Shown in pieces: positions 62,827 to 64,000 of a DNA stretch of 64,000 nt (position 1 is its first letter; the number at the start of each line of letters is the position of its first letter). The stretch covers positions 32,001 through 96,000 of the forward strand of contig CAVRZA010000008.1 of the NCBI GenBank assembly GCA_963725665.1, written 5' to 3'. The notes beneath the pieces are model-generated. The model saw only the letters and a program-made list of their open reading frames with translations. It ran no database searches and was not told where the DNA came from. Source of the DNA: an uncultured Actinomycetes bacterium. Lineage in GTDB: Bacteria; Actinomycetota; Thermoleophilia; UBA2241. A program made the position numbers and the translations under genes.

Positions 62827-63156
62827 ATGGCGCGGGTCGTCTCCGCGAAGAAAGCCCACGACGTGGTCGCCCTCGACATGAGCGAGGCGGTCACCTACAC
62901 CGACTACTTCCTCATCTGCAGCGGCACGAGCGCGCGCCAGACCAAGGCCCTTGCCGAGGAGCTGCAGCGGCGCATGCGCGAGCGCGGTGTGCGCCCGGCG
63001 CGCGTCGAGGGCGAGCGCGAGGCCGAATGGATCCTGCTCGACTACCTCGATGTCGTGGTGCACGTCTTCACACCGGCGGCGCGCGACTTCTACCGCCTTG
63101 AGGCGCTCTGGCGCGACGTGCCGCGCCAGGACCTGCCGAGCGAGGCCGTGGGCTGA
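62827..63156 (+). CDS. rsfS: Ribosome silencing factor
   Basis: KKAHDV, DYFLICSG, WILLDY, FYRLEALW. Confidence 0.93.
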   Translation: MARVVSAKKAHDVVALDMSEAVTYTDYFLICSGTSARQTKALAEELQRRMRERGVRPARVEGEREAEWILLDYLDVVVHVFTPAARDFYRLEALWRDVPRQDLPSEAVG

Positions 63157-63424
63157 AATCGCCGCGCGGTCTGCGGGCGCCGCGCCGCGACCGGCCTCCC
63201 GCGACGCGCGTTGTTTCCCGCCGACTGGTCCGCGCGCGCCCGGGCGAGCGGTCCGCTGGTCCCCCTTGCCTTCCCTCGCCGAGGGCTGGTAGGGTACCGC
63301 GCTAACAGGAGCCAAGGGAGCCCGTCACCCAGCGGGGTCCAGCCTCGTCCGAGGTGCGTTGGCATACAAGCGGTGCGCTGCAAGCGCCGCCGCCGGCGGA
63401 CCGAAGCGACCCACTGGAGGAACC

Positions 63425-64000
63425 ATGGGGAAGGGAGTCACCTGGCTTGCGCTGAGCGCAGCCATCCTCGTCACCCTCGTCCTAGTAGCACCCGCTGAAG
63501 CGTCGCTGTTCGTCGACGGGCCGGTCGCGGCAGGCGGCGACGCCGCGAGCGACGTGCAGACGAGCGACGCGGTCCTCGGCACCGTCTCGCTCACCACACC
63601 CGAGCGCACTCTGCTCACCCTCATCAACAAGGCTCGCGCCGCGCGTGGCCTGCACCGCCTTGGTCTGCGGACCACTCTCTGCCGGGCAGCCAAGGCGCAC
63701 TCGCTCTCGATGCTGCGCTTGAGCTACTTCTCGCACAGCTCGGCCTCGGGTGAGACCTTCGCTCAGCGCATCGTGCGTTACGGCTATGGACGTTCCGGCT
63801 GTTCCTCCTGGAGCGTCGGTGAGGTCATCGGCTGGGGCGCCGGCAGCGCCGCCGGCTCACCGAGGGCGATCTTCAGGGCCTGGATGCGCAGCACCGCTCA
63901 CCGCAGCGTGATCTTTACCAAGCGCTGGCGCGACGTCGGCATCGGGCGGGCGTTGGGCGCCTACGCCGGCATCGCCGGCGTGCGCATGTTCACGGTCGAT
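63425..64000 (+). CDS. Secreted CAP/SCP-domain protein, 3'-truncated
   Basis: GGAGG SD, signal peptide, LINKARAARGL, AAKAHS.SM, YFSH, WMRSTAHR, DVGIG. Confidence 0.85.
   Translation, partial: MGKGVTWLALSAAILVTLVLVAPAEASLFVDGPVAAGGDAASDVQTSDAVLGTVSLTTPERTLLTLINKARAARGLHRLGLRTTLCRAAKAHSLSMLRLSYFSHSSASGETFAQRIVRYGYGRSGCSSWSVGEVIGWGAGSAAGSPRAIFRAWMRSTAHRSVIFTKRWRDVGIGRALGAYAGIAGVRMFTVD

Overview
GC-rich bacterial chromosome segment. Gene content, MreB/LexA style and gene order suggest an anaerobic Actinomycetota, probably Thermoleophilia-like (inference). The left part (1-25 kb) is amino-acid catabolism and DNA repair. It holds the 3' part of D-ornithine 4,5-aminomutase oraE and its GlmL/MutL-type reactivase, an SDR, an lhr-nei repair pair, an ornithine racemase, a COG2403 'GTPase' that looks like arginine synthetase ArcE, argF, an MFS, a protein O-mannosyltransferase, a hut cluster (hutH, satP, hutI, ftcD, DUF1028) and a lexA-Zn-ribbon-LysM cassette with SOS boxes. 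The middle (26.6-31.9 kb) has tRNA-Pro/Gly/Arg, a decayed integrase island, then tRNA-His/Leu. The right part is a conserved housekeeping run: tig-clpP-clpX-lon-valS-folC-ndk-maf-mreBCD-mrdA-rodA-radical SAM pair-rne-rplU-rpmA-obg-proBA-nadD-yqeK-LCP-rsfS-CAP. The best candidate for an undescribed system is an ATP-yielding arginine synthetase/OTCase module physically linked, and apparently fused in frame, to the B12-dependent D-ornithine oxidative pathway. Several frameshifts cluster at 8.3-10.2 kb and may be sequencing errors. All calls come from motif recognition by eye; no searches were run.
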